Shown: positions 33,506 through 44,448, numbered from the stretch's first letter. The stretch: 64,000 bases of DNA from Terriglobia bacterium (GCA_965206645.1 CBDBKE010000004.1:1056001-1120000), one strand, 5' to 3'. Program-made: numbers and translations. Notes: generated from the letters alone by a model not told the origin.

Positions 33506-33943
33506 TGCGACGCGCATCAGAGAGCGGCGGGGCAATCCCCGCCGCTACCCGATCCTTCGACAACGAGAATGGACACTCCTGGCACCTCTCAGCACGATTT
33601 TCATCCTGTTGTGTTCTCTGACACCGCTCTCAGGAAACCGTCCGCCAGCTCATGGCCGCCGGCTTCACTCTGTCCAGAAAATCAGGTGCGGTTCAGTTCA
33701 TCAGTCGGGAATAGACCTGGGCCGGAACAAATTAAGCAGCGCCTTTCCACCCATGGCTTTCGAGTTGGAGAAAACCGAAGCTGCCCTAGCGCCGAAATTC
33801 GGATGGCTGGAGTTTCGTCTTGATAGCAAATACAATTAGGGGCGTTCGCAAACAGGGAGGAACGCAGAGGTAATCTGGGACGGCCCGATGCGGATGCCGA
33901 GGAGACGGGCTGAGTAGGCACGTAAATAATCGGGGGAGGAAAA

Positions 33944-34114
33944 ATGCAGATTTCCGCTCAATTCAAGCTGGAGAAAGAGACCAAAGGAACGTTCCGCTAC
34001 GCCGAGGAAACGGCGGGGCAGCCGCCGAAGATCGGCACCCTATACGTCCAGAAGTGGGCGCTCCCCGCGCCTCCCCCTAACCGCATCACCATCACTCTCG
34101 AAGCATTGGACTGA
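33944..34114 (+). CDS. 56-aa hypothetical protein (not in the ORF track)
   Basis: GGAGG RBS; MQISAQFKLEKETKGTFRYAEE...IGTLYVQKWAL... Confidence 0.65.
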   Translation: MQISAQFKLEKETKGTFRYAEETAGQPPKIGTLYVQKWALPAPPPNRITITLEALD

Positions 34115-34311
34115 CCCCCGCTCCTTTGGACTCACTTCTGGTTGGCGAGTTGCTCAGCAGGGAGAATCTGGGAGCAGATCCCACTTTACGACAACGAGTC
34201 AGCGACGGACTCTGGCGTCGCGGTGTCCGTCAGCTCAAGGAAAGACTCTTTGAAGTAGGAGAGATTACTGAAGTACTCGCGAATGATGACAAGGTCTCCC
34301 TGACAAGAGAC

Positions 34312-36959
34312 TGACCTGACCGGCACTTTTTGTACCAAGTGGAAAGAGAGAGAATCCACTTGAGGAGGAAGTGAGGTCATGCCGACAAGGAGTTACAAGC
34401 CGGAGCAGATTGTAGCGGTGCTACGGCAGATAGAAGTGCAGATGGGGAACGGGAAGACTGCGCCCCAAGCCTGCAAAGAAGCTGGAATCCACACCCAAAC
34501 CTACTACCGGTGGCGGAAGGAATACGGCGGGCTGAAGGTGGTGCAGGCAAAACGGCTAAAGGAGTTGGAGAAGGAAAACACGCGGCTGAAGCGGTTGGTA
34601 GCGGAGCTTTCTCTGGAGAAGCAGGTACTGCGGGATGTGGCACAGGGAAACTTCTGAGCCCTGAGCGGCGGCGTTGTGCGGTGGAGCGTGCGTGGGAGCA
34701 ACACGGGTTGTCGGAACGGCATGCCTGCCGGCTGCTGGGGCAATGGCGAGGGACACAACGATACGAGCCGATTCATCGGGTGGACGAGGATGCTCTGACC
34801 CGAGCGATCATTGCCCTGGGAGCGAAGTACGGGCGATATGGCTACCGGAGGATCACAGCGTTGCTGCGGAGTGCGGGCTGGGAAGTGGGCAAGGACCGGG
34901 TGCAGCGGATTTGGCGGCGGGAAGGGCTGAAAGTGCCGCAAAAACAAAGGCCGCGAGGACGGCTGTGGCTGAACGACGGTTCCTGTGTACGACTGAGGCC
35001 GGAGCGACCGAACCACGTGTGGAGCTACGACTTCATGAGTGCCAGAACGCACGAGGGGAGAACGCTGCGGCTGCTGACCTTGCTGGATGAGTACACGCGG
35101 GAATGCCTGGCGATCCGGGTGGAGCGGAGGATGGGCAGCCAACAAATCATTGAGGCGTTGTCGGACGTGATGTTGTGGCGAGGGATACCGGAACAGATTC
35201 GATCCGACAATGGTCCCGAGTTCATCGCCAAACAACTGCGCCAGTGGTTGGCAAATCTAGGGACCGGGACACTGTACATCGAACCGGGCAGTCCCTGGGA
35301 GAACGGGTACTGCGAGAGTTTCAATGGGAAGCTGCGGGACGAATGCCTGAATGGAGAGATCTTCTACTCGTTGAAGGAGGCACAGGTGGTGATTGAACAG
35401 TGGAGGGTGCAATACAACACGGTGCGGCCGCACTCGGCGCTCGGCTATAGGCCCCCGGCGCCGGGGGCCTATAGAGTCTGTGTGAAAACCGCTCTTGCGA
35501 GTCACGTATAATGCGCCTTAAGGGGGCGCGATGAAATTCTTGACCTACAACCCGGAGCAAGCGTATCTGCTACCGCCCAGCGTGCGGGAGGTGCTGGGAG
35601 AAGATCACATCTGTTTTTTTGTGCACCAAGTCGTGGAGCGGCTGGAACTGAGTGCGTTTGAGCAGGGCTACGTGGAAGAAGGCCGCCCGGCCTATCATCC
35701 GGCGCTGTTGCTGAAGGTGTGGCTGTATGCCTACGCGCTGGGCGTGACCTCGGCCCGCCGTCTGGAACAGCGGGTGCGGGAGGACCTGGCGTTCCGTTAT
35801 CTGGCGGCCGGAGCGGGGCCGGACTTTTGGACGCTGAACCAGTTTCGGACGCGGCACGCCCGTGCCCTGAACGATCTGTTCACACAGGTGGTGGAGTTGG
35901 CGCGGTCGCTGGGGATGGGGCGGCTGGGACACGTGGCCATGGACTCGACGCGGGTGGCGGCCAACGCCTCGCAGGACCGGGTGGAGACGGTGGCCAAGTT
36001 GAGGGCAGAGCGAGCCAAAATTCGGCGGCAGATTCGTCGCTGGCAGAAACAATGTGACACGCAGTCCTGCGAGGAAGCGGCTGGCCAGCAACTGAGCGGC
36101 AAGCAGATGGCAGCGCTGGAGAAGCGGCTGGAAGAAATCCCGCGATGCCTGGAGCGGTTGCGCAAAAGCGGGCTGAAGCGGCGTTCGGAAACCGATCCCG
36201 ACAGCCGGTTTTTGCGCGACCGCAAGGGATTCACGCTGGGTTACACGGCGGAGGTGGCGGTCAGCGAAGATCATCTGATTGTCGAGCAGCACGTGGGGCA
36301 AAACGCCACCGACAACGCGACGCTGGTCCCTCTGGTGGAGGCGGTCGAGCGGCGCTGCCGGGAACGCCCGCAGAAGGTCAGCGCCGACAGCGGCTTCTTT
36401 TGCTTGGAGACCATCGTGGAACTGGCCCAGCGTGGCCTGGACGTCTATGTGCCCGACTCGAACTTGGCGCGGGAACTGAACCGAGGCCAACGCGCGCCCG
36501 GAGCACCTGCTGTACGGCATCCGGAACATCGGCGAATGCGACGCAAGCTGCGCGACCCGGCCGGCCGGGCGGTTTATCAGCGGCGCAAGGCGATCGTGGA
36601 ACCAGTGATCGGGGTTTTGAAAGAACAGCGTGGAATGCGGCAGTTCCGGCGGCGGGGCCTGGAGAAGGTCGCGGTGGAGTTCGCGCTGGCCGCAACGGCC
36701 TTCAACCTCACCCGCCTGTGGCGCAACAAACCGAAGCTAAATCAGGAAGGCTAGTTCAGCAGACTCCCGGACCGGCGACTCGGCGAAGATCGAAACACCA
36801 GAATTCTGGAGCGAATCATGATCCCTTTTGATTTCCAGCCAGCTAAACCGAGTTTCCACACAGGCTCTATAGCCCTCCCCTGCCACTGAAACCAGTTTCA
36901 CAGCCCCAGGCTGCGATGTAAACTCTCACTACGGTTGGTACAAAAAATCGGTCTGGTCA
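34312..36959 (+). mobile_element. IS3 type A carrying IS1182
   Basis: Both IS3 IRs present; IS1182 nested with a TATA duplication. Confidence 0.95.
35474..36867 (+). mobile_element. IS1182-family element, copy 2 (transposase 35531-36754)
   Basis: As copy 1. Confidence 0.93.
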
Positions 36960-37114
36960 CCAGTGTGCACTCGCCTCACTGGGGCAGCGGTCACGGGTAG
37001 AATCGCTCAACATATCAATTCGCAATGGACACCCAACTGGTAGAAGCCTCATCAAATTTTACACTAGATATTGTGCGGTACTCTGTAGGCCTGGATCATG
37101 CCCCCAAAGGGGCC

Positions 37115-37143
37115 TTGACAGCAACATGTTGGTTCTGTAAAAA
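37115..37143 (+). promoter_or_regulatory. Candidate sigma70 promoter facing antisense into the ClpP-like gene
   Basis: TTGACA-17 nt-TAAAAA. Confidence 0.4.
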
Positions 37144-37250
37144 AGATACTTGGAAGCCACCCTGCGGCGCGCCCATAGGGTTCGCAGGCATGAACTACGA
37201 GTGAACAGGAGAGACTGGCAATGGAATTCAATCCAATGATTCCTGATGCG

Positions 37251-37832
37251 CTAGCGCTTGAATACAAACGAGATTACGGGTGTGCTACTGGGGAGATCGA
37301 ACTCTCGGATCTCGTGAATTATCCCCCTCTCGCGAGCGAATTCCGCCGTCTTGGTCTGAGCCTCCCGGAAGAATTTCTCCGCCTCGTTCTGGGGGATGTC
37401 CGTGCGGTCGGCGATGATGTTCCCGATACGTTGCTGATCAGCACCAAGTCCATCTAGCATCTCCCGTAGATTCTTTTCTTCGAACCGACCAGCTGGCCTA
37501 TCGAATCCAACACCGTGAAACATGAAGGTCGATTGTGCACACGCATATCTAGTATCCGCCGCAAGGAAGATCGCGTTTCCGATTGAATCGACATTGCCGA
37601 TGTTGTGAGTGGTGAGCTTGAAAGGTACACCTCGAAGGAAATTGTAGAGCGTGATTCCCTGAGCGACGCTTCCACCGGGTGTTGAAAACGCAAGGTAGAC
37701 CTCTTTGACACCCTGCTGGGCTAGGTTCGATAATGCCTGAATTAAGATCTCCACTGTTTGTGGAACGATCTCAGCCGTAAATACCACATAGACGAGCTGC
37801 GGCATTGGTTGTGGTTTCGGATTTATAGTCAT
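37251..37832 (-). CDS. Stand-alone ClpP-like serine protease
   Basis: STPGGSV..G..LYN, G.VDSIG (Ser) and FMFHG (His) motifs. Confidence 0.85.
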   Translation of the reverse strand: MTINPKPQPMPQLVYVVFTAEIVPQTVEILIQALSNLAQQGVKEVYLAFSTPGGSVAQGITLYNFLRGVPFKLTTHNIGNVDSIGNAIFLAADTRYACAQSTFMFHGVGFDRPAGRFEEKNLREMLDGLGADQQRIGNIIADRTDIPQNEAEKFFREAQTKTAEFARERGIIHEIREFDLPSSTPVISFVFKR

Positions 37833-37899
37833 AAGGAGATCACTTCACCTTCTCCCCCCCCGATCCAGAAAGTTGTCAAGTGCTAAGTGTGTAACCAGA

Positions 37900-37975
37900 G
37901 GCGCTGGAACCGTATGGAACGGAGCACCCCCCAGCAAAGGTTGCCTATCCGGTTCGATTCCGGCCCGCACCTCCA
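37900..37975 (+). pseudogene. Degenerate tRNA-Cys(GCA)-like sequence
   Basis: 76 nt; CCGG-TTCGATT-CCGG T arm; TCCA end; GCA in a 7-nt loop; mismatched acceptor and anticodon stems. Confidence 0.6.
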
Positions 37976-37985
37976 GTACCGGCGA

Positions 37986-38015
37986 AGAGTAGAACTCACA
38001 CTGAGGTTTTGTCAA
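37986..38015 (-). promoter_or_regulatory. Candidate promoter for the ClpP-like gene
   Basis: TTGACA-18 nt-TACTCT on the minus strand. Confidence 0.5.
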
Positions 38016-38139
38016 GGGAATCAAGCCACCAGATCCCGGTACCGTAACCTCTTCCCGCACATTCCCCGCGCCATCGCCTTCATCTGCTCGATCGCATCCA
38101 GCGGCCTTGGGTTGTGGCGGCCTGCAAACTCAGTTATGT

Positions 38140-38300
38140 AGCGATCCAAGTGCGGCTGCAGAGCACCTTTACCGGGCCGATCGCGCGCGGTCTCTCGCTG
38201 GTCGCGATCGTGGTCGGTGGGGTGATGTTCGCATTTGGCGAGGGCGGGAGCAAGCGGGCGCTGACCGGCATCATCTTTGGGGTCGGCATGGCGATCGGGG
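38140..38300 (+). pseudogene. TrbC/VirB2 pilin fragment
   Basis: FTGPIARGLSLVAIVVGGVMFAFGEGGSKRAL.GIIFG. Confidence 0.75.
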
Positions 38301-38366
38301 CCGAAAACAAGACAGTCGAACGAGCCGAACGGGTGCTGCGCGCGTGGGCGGCGGCGGACTCAGGGG

Positions 38367-38497
38367 GGTACTGTCAAGTTAAGCAGAATCTGCCCGTTTT
38401 GCGGAAGGATTCTGCTGGATCAGAGACTGAGAATCAATGACTTAGCGGTGGCGGCGAGCGGCGAGAATGCCGCCAAACTGCTTAACTTGACAGTACC
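38367..38497 (+). mobile_element. MITE-A, copy 3
   Basis: 131-bp copy. Confidence 0.92.
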
Positions 38498-38699
38498 TGT
38501 TAGGCAAGTGCAAATTTAGAAGGGAGAGATTCTTCAAACAAAACCAGCCCCATCGCGATCGAGGCGCCACACTTCAGCGGTGGGCGCTTCTCTAGCTTTT
38601 CCTTCTCTGCTTGCCTGAATTCTTCGTCACGGCAAATCGACAACTACATCTCCGTAAACAGCAACCACTCGCCGCTTAAGAATTCGTTCCCAAAAGCTC

Positions 38700-39351
38700 T
38701 TACTTTGACGACTTTGGAATCTGCCACGTCACCTTTCCTTGCTTGTCATAAATCGTCACAATCAATTCTGCTTCCGAAGCCGAATCCGGCAGGATTGCCT
38801 GTCTCTTCTCATCGACGAGCGGAAATGTAACCCAGAACACATCGTATGCATAATCCCGCTGAACCGTGCCCGCAAGAGCTTTCACGGAACGTAAAGCTGG
38901 AATTACCGTCCCCTTTGCTTCGATGGAGGAACCCTTGCCTCTGAGGATAGCTAGCCAATCAGATGGGATAATGCCGGAGCCCTCGCGGGGATCTAATTCC
39001 ACCATGATCACCGTGTCACCAGCAGCTTCCGCTTCCGCAACTAAGGCCCGGGTTTGCTCCTCGCTCAACCGTTCCCGCAGTTGCCAGTAACGTGCTGATG
39101 CGCGTACCATTTCGGGAGTAAACCATGTCGCTCGGAGCTTGTAGTTGTAAGAACGTTCGGTGTTTCTAATTCTGAAGTCGAAGGAACCGCCGACTTGGCC
39201 GTTGACTCGAAAATTTCTTAGTTATTGTCTCAATCGTTTTTGTGTTCCAAGACAGATAGCTTGTGTTGTCGGCAGGAAAGCCCGTCTGGCCTACTAGCGA
39301 CACATTCGTTAACGCGACTAGGGACACGACGCATGCAAAATGGAGGCGCAT
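38700..39351 (-). pseudogene. Exported hypothetical protein, apparently frameshifted near 39200
   Basis: Signal-peptide ORF 39166-39351 and ORF 38700-39110 in different frames. Confidence 0.5.
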
Positions 39352-39923
39352 TATTCCATAACCTCCTTGAGTAAAATTGACACAACTTCCCTTCCGCCAA
39401 ACCTTGTCTTTGAGACAGTCACTCCTACGAACTTGAAACCGGCTTCTCCGGCTTCTTGTAGTTCCCTTTGCATGGTTGAAGTTCGGTTGGTTGCCAGCAG
39501 CTTGTATTCATATCTCGCCTTTGATCTGTTTTCCCGATCCAATTCCAGGATCACAACTACCTCGTCGCCTCCGAGCATGGAACCAAATACTGTTTGGTCC
39601 TTGTAGAGAAATCCTTCATTGCCGCTTTCTTGGAGTTCTTTCTGCATAGTTGAGGTTCGGCTGGCGGCGAGCAGCTTGTACGCGTACCGCCCTTTCTTGG
39701 TCGATGTCTTACTCTTGGACATGACAACAACAACTTCCGAGCCACCGAATCCGGTTTTTCCACCCATGACTTTCTCTATCCTGTATCCAGCATCCGCGGC
39801 TTCGTTGAGTTCCTTTTCCATAGTGGAAGTCTTTTTAGTGGCCAAAACGCGGTAATCATAAGCATCTTCAGCGGCAAGGAAGCTAGCGGAGAGCAATACA
39901 AAGGTGATCAATCTGATGATCAT
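39351..39923 (-). CDS. Exported protein with three internal repeats
   Basis: Signal peptide; three Y.Y(K/R)(L/V)LA...TSTM..EL.E...G(F/Y) units. Confidence 0.8.
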   Translation of the reverse strand: MIIRLITFVLLSASFLAAEDAYDYRVLATKKTSTMEKELNEAADAGYRIEKVMGGKTGFGGSEVVVVMSKSKTSTKKGRYAYKLLAASRTSTMQKELQESGNEGFLYKDQTVFGSMLGGDEVVVILELDRENRSKARYEYKLLATNRTSTMQRELQEAGEAGFKFVGVTVSKTRFGGREVVSILLKEVME

Positions 39924-40039
39924 GTAAGTTCGTCCTGTGTGTGGGGGTTTTGGAAACGCATCCAGGCTCGACGTTACCATAAAGCAAGCAACTCTGAAAG
40001 TGGGTAAATCGAAATGGCAAAGCTCTTACTCCAGAGGAT

Positions 40040-40280
40040 GAGTCGGCTCACGTGTCTCAGGAAACGATCTATCGTAGCCTTTTTATTCAGGCCCGCGGGG
40101 CTCTGAAGAAAGAACTGGCTCAGTATCTGCGGTCCAGGCGAACGATTTACCGGTCCCGGCATGCGAGCCGGAAAGGCCATGGGAAGGGACAGATCGCCGA
40201 CATAGTATCGATCCGTAAGCGCCCGGCTTCAGTTGAAGATCGTGCGGTACCGGGTCACTGGGAAGGCGATCTGATTGCCG
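40040..40280 (+). pseudogene. IS30 transposase fragment
   Basis: SQETIY...RP..VEDRAVPGHWEGDLI. Confidence 0.85.
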
Positions 40281-40344
40281 GATCGCCGGACAGCGAGGAC
40301 CGATCCGCGAGCCGCGGTGCACGAGGGGAGGGGGTTCAAGAGCG

Positions 40345-40656
40345 CGGGGGCAGATCAATGAATTCGCGATCGCGGTCCCGTTCTAAGAATTCATCGAGAC
40401 CCTTCCTGCGACGGGCCATGGAAACCGGGTCGTTTTGAGCGACGCTGTCGATATAGGAGCCGATCAGTATGAAGCGCCGTGTACGGCGCTTGCGTTCAGC
40501 GGCGGAGAGGCGGGATTGAGCGTGGCGGATTTGATTCTCTAGGATGCATTATTTCTAGCGCTGGAGGTCCACAAACTATTTTTTACGCTGGGCGAGACCC
40601 TCTTGCAGTTCCCGCTTACGCTGCTTGAGTTCTTGGAGTTGCTGTTCCAGATTCAT
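40345..40656 (-). pseudogene. MobS/MobC-like accessory mobilisation gene remnant
   Basis: MNLEQQLQELK..., then ERKRRTRRFILIG...LDEFLERDRDR; divergent from the relaxase. Confidence 0.6.
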
Positions 40657-40773
40657 TGTGGTCCAGATGGCCTGGCATCCGGGACTTATTGCATCATAAT
40701 CTCCGTAGCATTTAACGGCCTGAGCAGGGCCGGGAGTGATAACCCGAACGGCAGTGTAGGGCAAACGAACAGC

Positions 40774-40997
40774 ATGGCTATGTATCACATCCAGGTAAAC
40801 GTCGGCAGCCGAGCCGGAGGGCAATCGGCTTCTGCGAAGTTCGATTACATCGGGCGCGAGGGGCGCTACGCCAAGGATGCCGAGGAACTGGAGCACAAGG
40901 ACCACGGAAACATGCCGGAATGGGCAGAGGACGCCCCGCGCTCTTACTGAGAGGCGGCAGACGAGCACGGGTGGGCCAACGGGCGGCTGTACCGCTA
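40774..40997 (+). pseudogene. MOBQ (MobA/MobL) relaxase N-terminal fragment
   Basis: MAMYH...SASAKFDYIGREGRY...GNMPEWA...AADE...NGRLYR. Confidence 0.8.
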
Positions 40998-41037
40998 ATG
41001 TTCTCGGCTGCGCAGCCCTGCGTTCGGCCGACCTACC

Positions 41038-41790
41038 TTATGCGTCGCAACTCCAATAGACCGATGTTGCGAGGTATTCCTGAATCACGGATTGTACCAG
41101 TAGACCGGCGTCGCCTCGATCCACGACCGTATACCTGTACACGCCATCCTGGACGATGACCCATGGCCCCATCATGTCCGATTGCGCCGTTCCGCATTGC
41201 CGTTGGAACAGGCGGGTACCGACTTCCGCCCAACCTAGTAGTTCCCCTTCTTCTCCTGTTGTCTCGAATTCATCGCGTTGCTCCGGCGTCAAGACTTGCA
41301 GCGGTATGGCGAAGAAATCGTTCGCCTCGAACGACATCGCCCGGTCGAGTTCATAGAGCGCGTGGCTGCGCGCGTTCTTGATCACCACGCGCTTCACCCT
41401 CTCTATTTCCGGTGCAAAGACGATCTCTTCTTCCCCGAAGAGCGTTGTCCTTTCTGTCCGCGAATTCTCTATCCGCTCGCGCAGTCCCACGTTTCTTTTC
41501 AGCATGCGCGCGACTTCTGGGTTCTTCTGCTTCTCCGGATCCGTTGACCCCGCCAGCACCGTCCACAGAAGCCCCTTTAGGTATTCCTCATCGAGCGAAA
41601 AAGCTTCATTGCACTTCCAGCAGGCTTCGATGGTTATCATTTCTGCGGGATACGGCTTCCGCAGCAAGCACTTCGAGGGGACGTGCTCTTGCGTTGCTTC
41701 CGTTGAATTGAAACCTCTACCGCAATGCATGCAGGTCCCTCCTGGCCATCGCAGTCGCTCGTCAAGGAACGATTTATCTATGCGTTTCAT
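41038..41790 (-). CDS. HNH-type endonuclease family protein
   Basis: CxxC...T.EHVP.K...AC..CN...S.DEEY. Confidence 0.75.
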   Translation of the reverse strand: MKRIDKSFLDERLRWPGGTCMHCGRGFNSTEATQEHVPSKCLLRKPYPAEMITIEACWKCNEAFSLDEEYLKGLLWTVLAGSTDPEKQKNPEVARMLKRNVGLRERIENSRTERTTLFGEEEIVFAPEIERVKRVVIKNARSHALYELDRAMSFEANDFFAIPLQVLTPEQRDEFETTGEEGELLGWAEVGTRLFQRQCGTAQSDMMGPWVIVQDGVYRYTVVDRGDAGLLVQSVIQEYLATSVYWSCDA

Positions 41791-41915
41791 TGAGCAACCG
41801 CCACGCGGCTTTGGATCCGCTCGGCCTCGGTACACCCCCAGGCCTCCAAGAGGCGAGCGAGCGCGGACGGATGCCGTGATCGCCGACCTGCTGTTCATGG
41901 GCGAGTTGCTCCGAG

Positions 41916-42003
41916 TGACCAGACCGATTTTTTGTACCAGTCGTTGTGAGAGAGTTTACATCACAACCTGGGGCTGTGAAACTGGGTTCCGGACAGGGTT
42001 ATA
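41916..42003 (-). mobile_element. Right end of a diverged IS3 type A
   Basis: TGACCAGACCGATTTTTTGTACCA... up to TATA. Confidence 0.85.
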
Positions 42004-43396
42004 GAGTCTGCGTGAAAGCCGCTTTTGCGAGTCACGTATAATGCGCCTTAAGGAGCGCGATGAAATTCTTGACCTACAACCCGTAGCAAGCGTATCTGCT
42101 GCCGCCCAGCGTGCGGGAGGTGCTGGGAGAAGATCACATCTGTTTTTTTGTGCACCAAGTCGTGGAGCGGCTGGAACTGAGTGCGTTTGAGCAGGGCTAG
42201 GTGGAAGAAGGCCGCCCGGCCTATCATCCGGCGCTGTTGCTGAAGGTGTGGCTGTATGCCTACGAGCTGGGCGTGACCTCGGCCCGCCGTCTGGAACAGC
42301 GGGTGCGGGAGGACCTGGCGTTCCGTTATCTGGCGTCCGGAGCGGGGCCGGACTTTTGGACGCTGAACCAGTTTCGGACGCGGCACGCCCGTGCCCTGAA
42401 CGATCTGTTCACACAGGTGGTGGAGTTGGCGCGGTCGCTGGGAATGGGGCGGCTGGGACACGTGGCCATGGACTCGACGCGGGTGGCGGCCAACGCCTCG
42501 CGGGACCGGGTGGAGACGGTGGCCAAGTTGCGGGCAGAGCGAGCCAAAATTCGGCGGCAGATTCGTCGCTGGCAGAAACAATGTGACGCGCAGTCCTGCG
42601 AGGAAGCGGCTGGCCAGCAACTGAGCGGCAAGCAGATGGCAGCGCTGGAGAAGCGGCTGGAAGAAATCCCGCGATGCCTGGAGCGGTTGCGCAAAAGCGG
42701 GCTGAAGCGGCGTTTGGAAACCGATCCCGATAGCCGGTTCTTGCGCGACCGCAAGGGATTCACGCTGGGTTACACGGCGGAGGTGGCGGTCAGCGAAGAT
42801 CATCTGATTGTCGAGCAGCACGTGGGGCAAAACGCCACCGACAACGCGACGCTGGTCCCTCTGGTGGAGGCGGTCGAGCGGCGCTGCCGGGAACGCCCGC
42901 AGAAGATCAGCGCCGACAGCGGCTTCTTTTGCTTGGAGACCATCGTGGAACTGGCCCAGCGTGGCCTGGACGTCTATGTGCCCGACTCGAACTTGGCGCG
43001 GGAACTGAACCGAGGCCAACGCGCGCCCGGAGCACCTGCTGTACGGCATCCGGAACATCGGCGAATGCGACGCAAGCTGCGCGACCCGGCCGGCCGGGCG
43101 GTTTATCAGCGGCGCAAGGCGATCGTGGAACCAGTGATCGGGGTTTTGAAAGAACAGCGTGGAATGCGGCAGTTCCGGCGGCGGGGCCTGGAGAAGGTCG
43201 CGGTGGAGTTCGCGCTGGCCGCAACGGCCTTCAACCTCACCCGCCTGTGGCGCAACAAACCGAAGCTAAATCAGGAAGGCTAGTTCAGCAGACTCCCGGA
43301 CCGGCGACTCGGCGAAGATCGAAACACCAGAATTCTGGAGCGAATCATGATCCCTTTTGATTTCCAGCCAGCTAAACCGAGTTTCCACACAGGCTC
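42004..43396 (+). mobile_element. IS1182-family element, copy 3; transposase inactivated
   Basis: TAG stops at 42084 and 42198. Confidence 0.92.
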
Positions 43397-43487
43397 TATA
43401 GCCCTCCCCTGCCACTGAAACCAGTTTCACAGCCCCAGGCTGCGATGTAAACTCTCACTACGGTTGGTACAAAAATCGGTCTGGTCA
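43397..43487 (+). mobile_element. IS3 type A right end
   Basis: Matches 36868-36959. Confidence 0.9.
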
Positions 43488-43690
43488 GTGCGAAGGACCG
43501 GTTTGCGTTCATCGTCTGAAACGAGTTGCAAAAAGAGATCGAAAACGCCCCGCCGGAGTCGGGGTGCGAAGCCGTCCCCAAGTGGCTGCGGGAAAGGCTC
43601 CGATAACGTGGTAGGGGGAGACCCGTTGCATCTACGCCAACGGGCACCCATGGGATGACTTGGAAATTTATTCATGGAGGGAAGAAGACG

Positions 43691-43805
43691 ATGAAACGTT
43701 ATTTGCTTTCTCGAAACACCGCATGTCTCGGTGGGCTCTTGGTGGTGATCGTGGTTGGGGGGTTGATGTTCGCCTTTGGCGAGGGAGGCCCCAAGCAAGC
43801 GCTGG
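43691..43805 (+). pseudogene. TrbC/VirB2 pilin fragment
   Basis: IVVGGLMFAFGEGGPKQAL, homologous to 38140-38300. Confidence 0.65.
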
Positions 43806-44199
43806 TGGCTCCGGTTCTGTGGCTTGCACACCCGACCCTTCGGCGGCCCGGGAAATCATCGGGATCGAGCAGGCAACCCTGGAAGGCGATTGGAGTGTAC
43901 TCGATGAGTATGGCGGACTACAAGCCGCGCTCAAACGGAGCGACGAGTTGAAAAATCTTGATCCACAGCGCCGCGGCAGGACGATCATCGACGGCTATGC
44001 CACCTATGCAGTCCGTGGCAGAAGTGGTCATTTCCAGCAAGAGGCGATGAACCGCACGCCCCCCGGCGACCGCCGCAGGTCGGACGCCGCGATGAATGCC
44101 TCGTAGCCTTCACTCACGATGTAGCTCATGTTCATTCTCCTTGTCGAAGGATCGGATCGCGGTGGGGACCGGCCTCGCCGCTCTCTGATGCCTGCCGCA

Positions 44200-44448
44200 C
44201 TAGGACTCCGCCTCCGGCTCTTCTTCGTGCTGAAGCTCGAAGATGCGTGAGTGGGCCTGATCGGCCACTTTCGCCAGCAGCAACAGGTCGTTGCGACTGA
44301 AGCTTTGCGTCCTCTTCCATTCCTCGCCGTCCTTGTAGAGGCGGGAGAAGGTGACATTGTACCGCGTGCGGCCTCCGGTTTCGTTCGGCCAAATCGCAGC
44401 CTTGACGCGACCGATGCGGACTTCAGAGCTGGGTTTGGGGTTAGCCAT
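44200..44448 (-). CDS. 82-aa putative ssDNA-binding protein, second copy
   Basis: Close paralogue of 33257-33505. Confidence 0.75.
   Translation of the reverse strand: MANPKPSSEVRIGRVKAAIWPNETGGRTRYNVTFSRLYKDGEEWKRTQSFSRNDLLLLAKVADQAHSRIFELQHEEEPEAES

Noticed and set aside
32822-33839. Long ORFs across the leader element (also 20-307, 44028-44920, 56103-56932)
   Set aside because: Frames are not preserved between copies, there are no RBSs, and the composition is that of GC-rich shadow ORFs.
40948-40950. In-frame TGA in mobA as a third Sec codon
   Set aside because: The position corresponds to the Trp of the relaxase (Y/F)W.AAD motif and the gene is truncated anyway, so it is a nonsense mutation.
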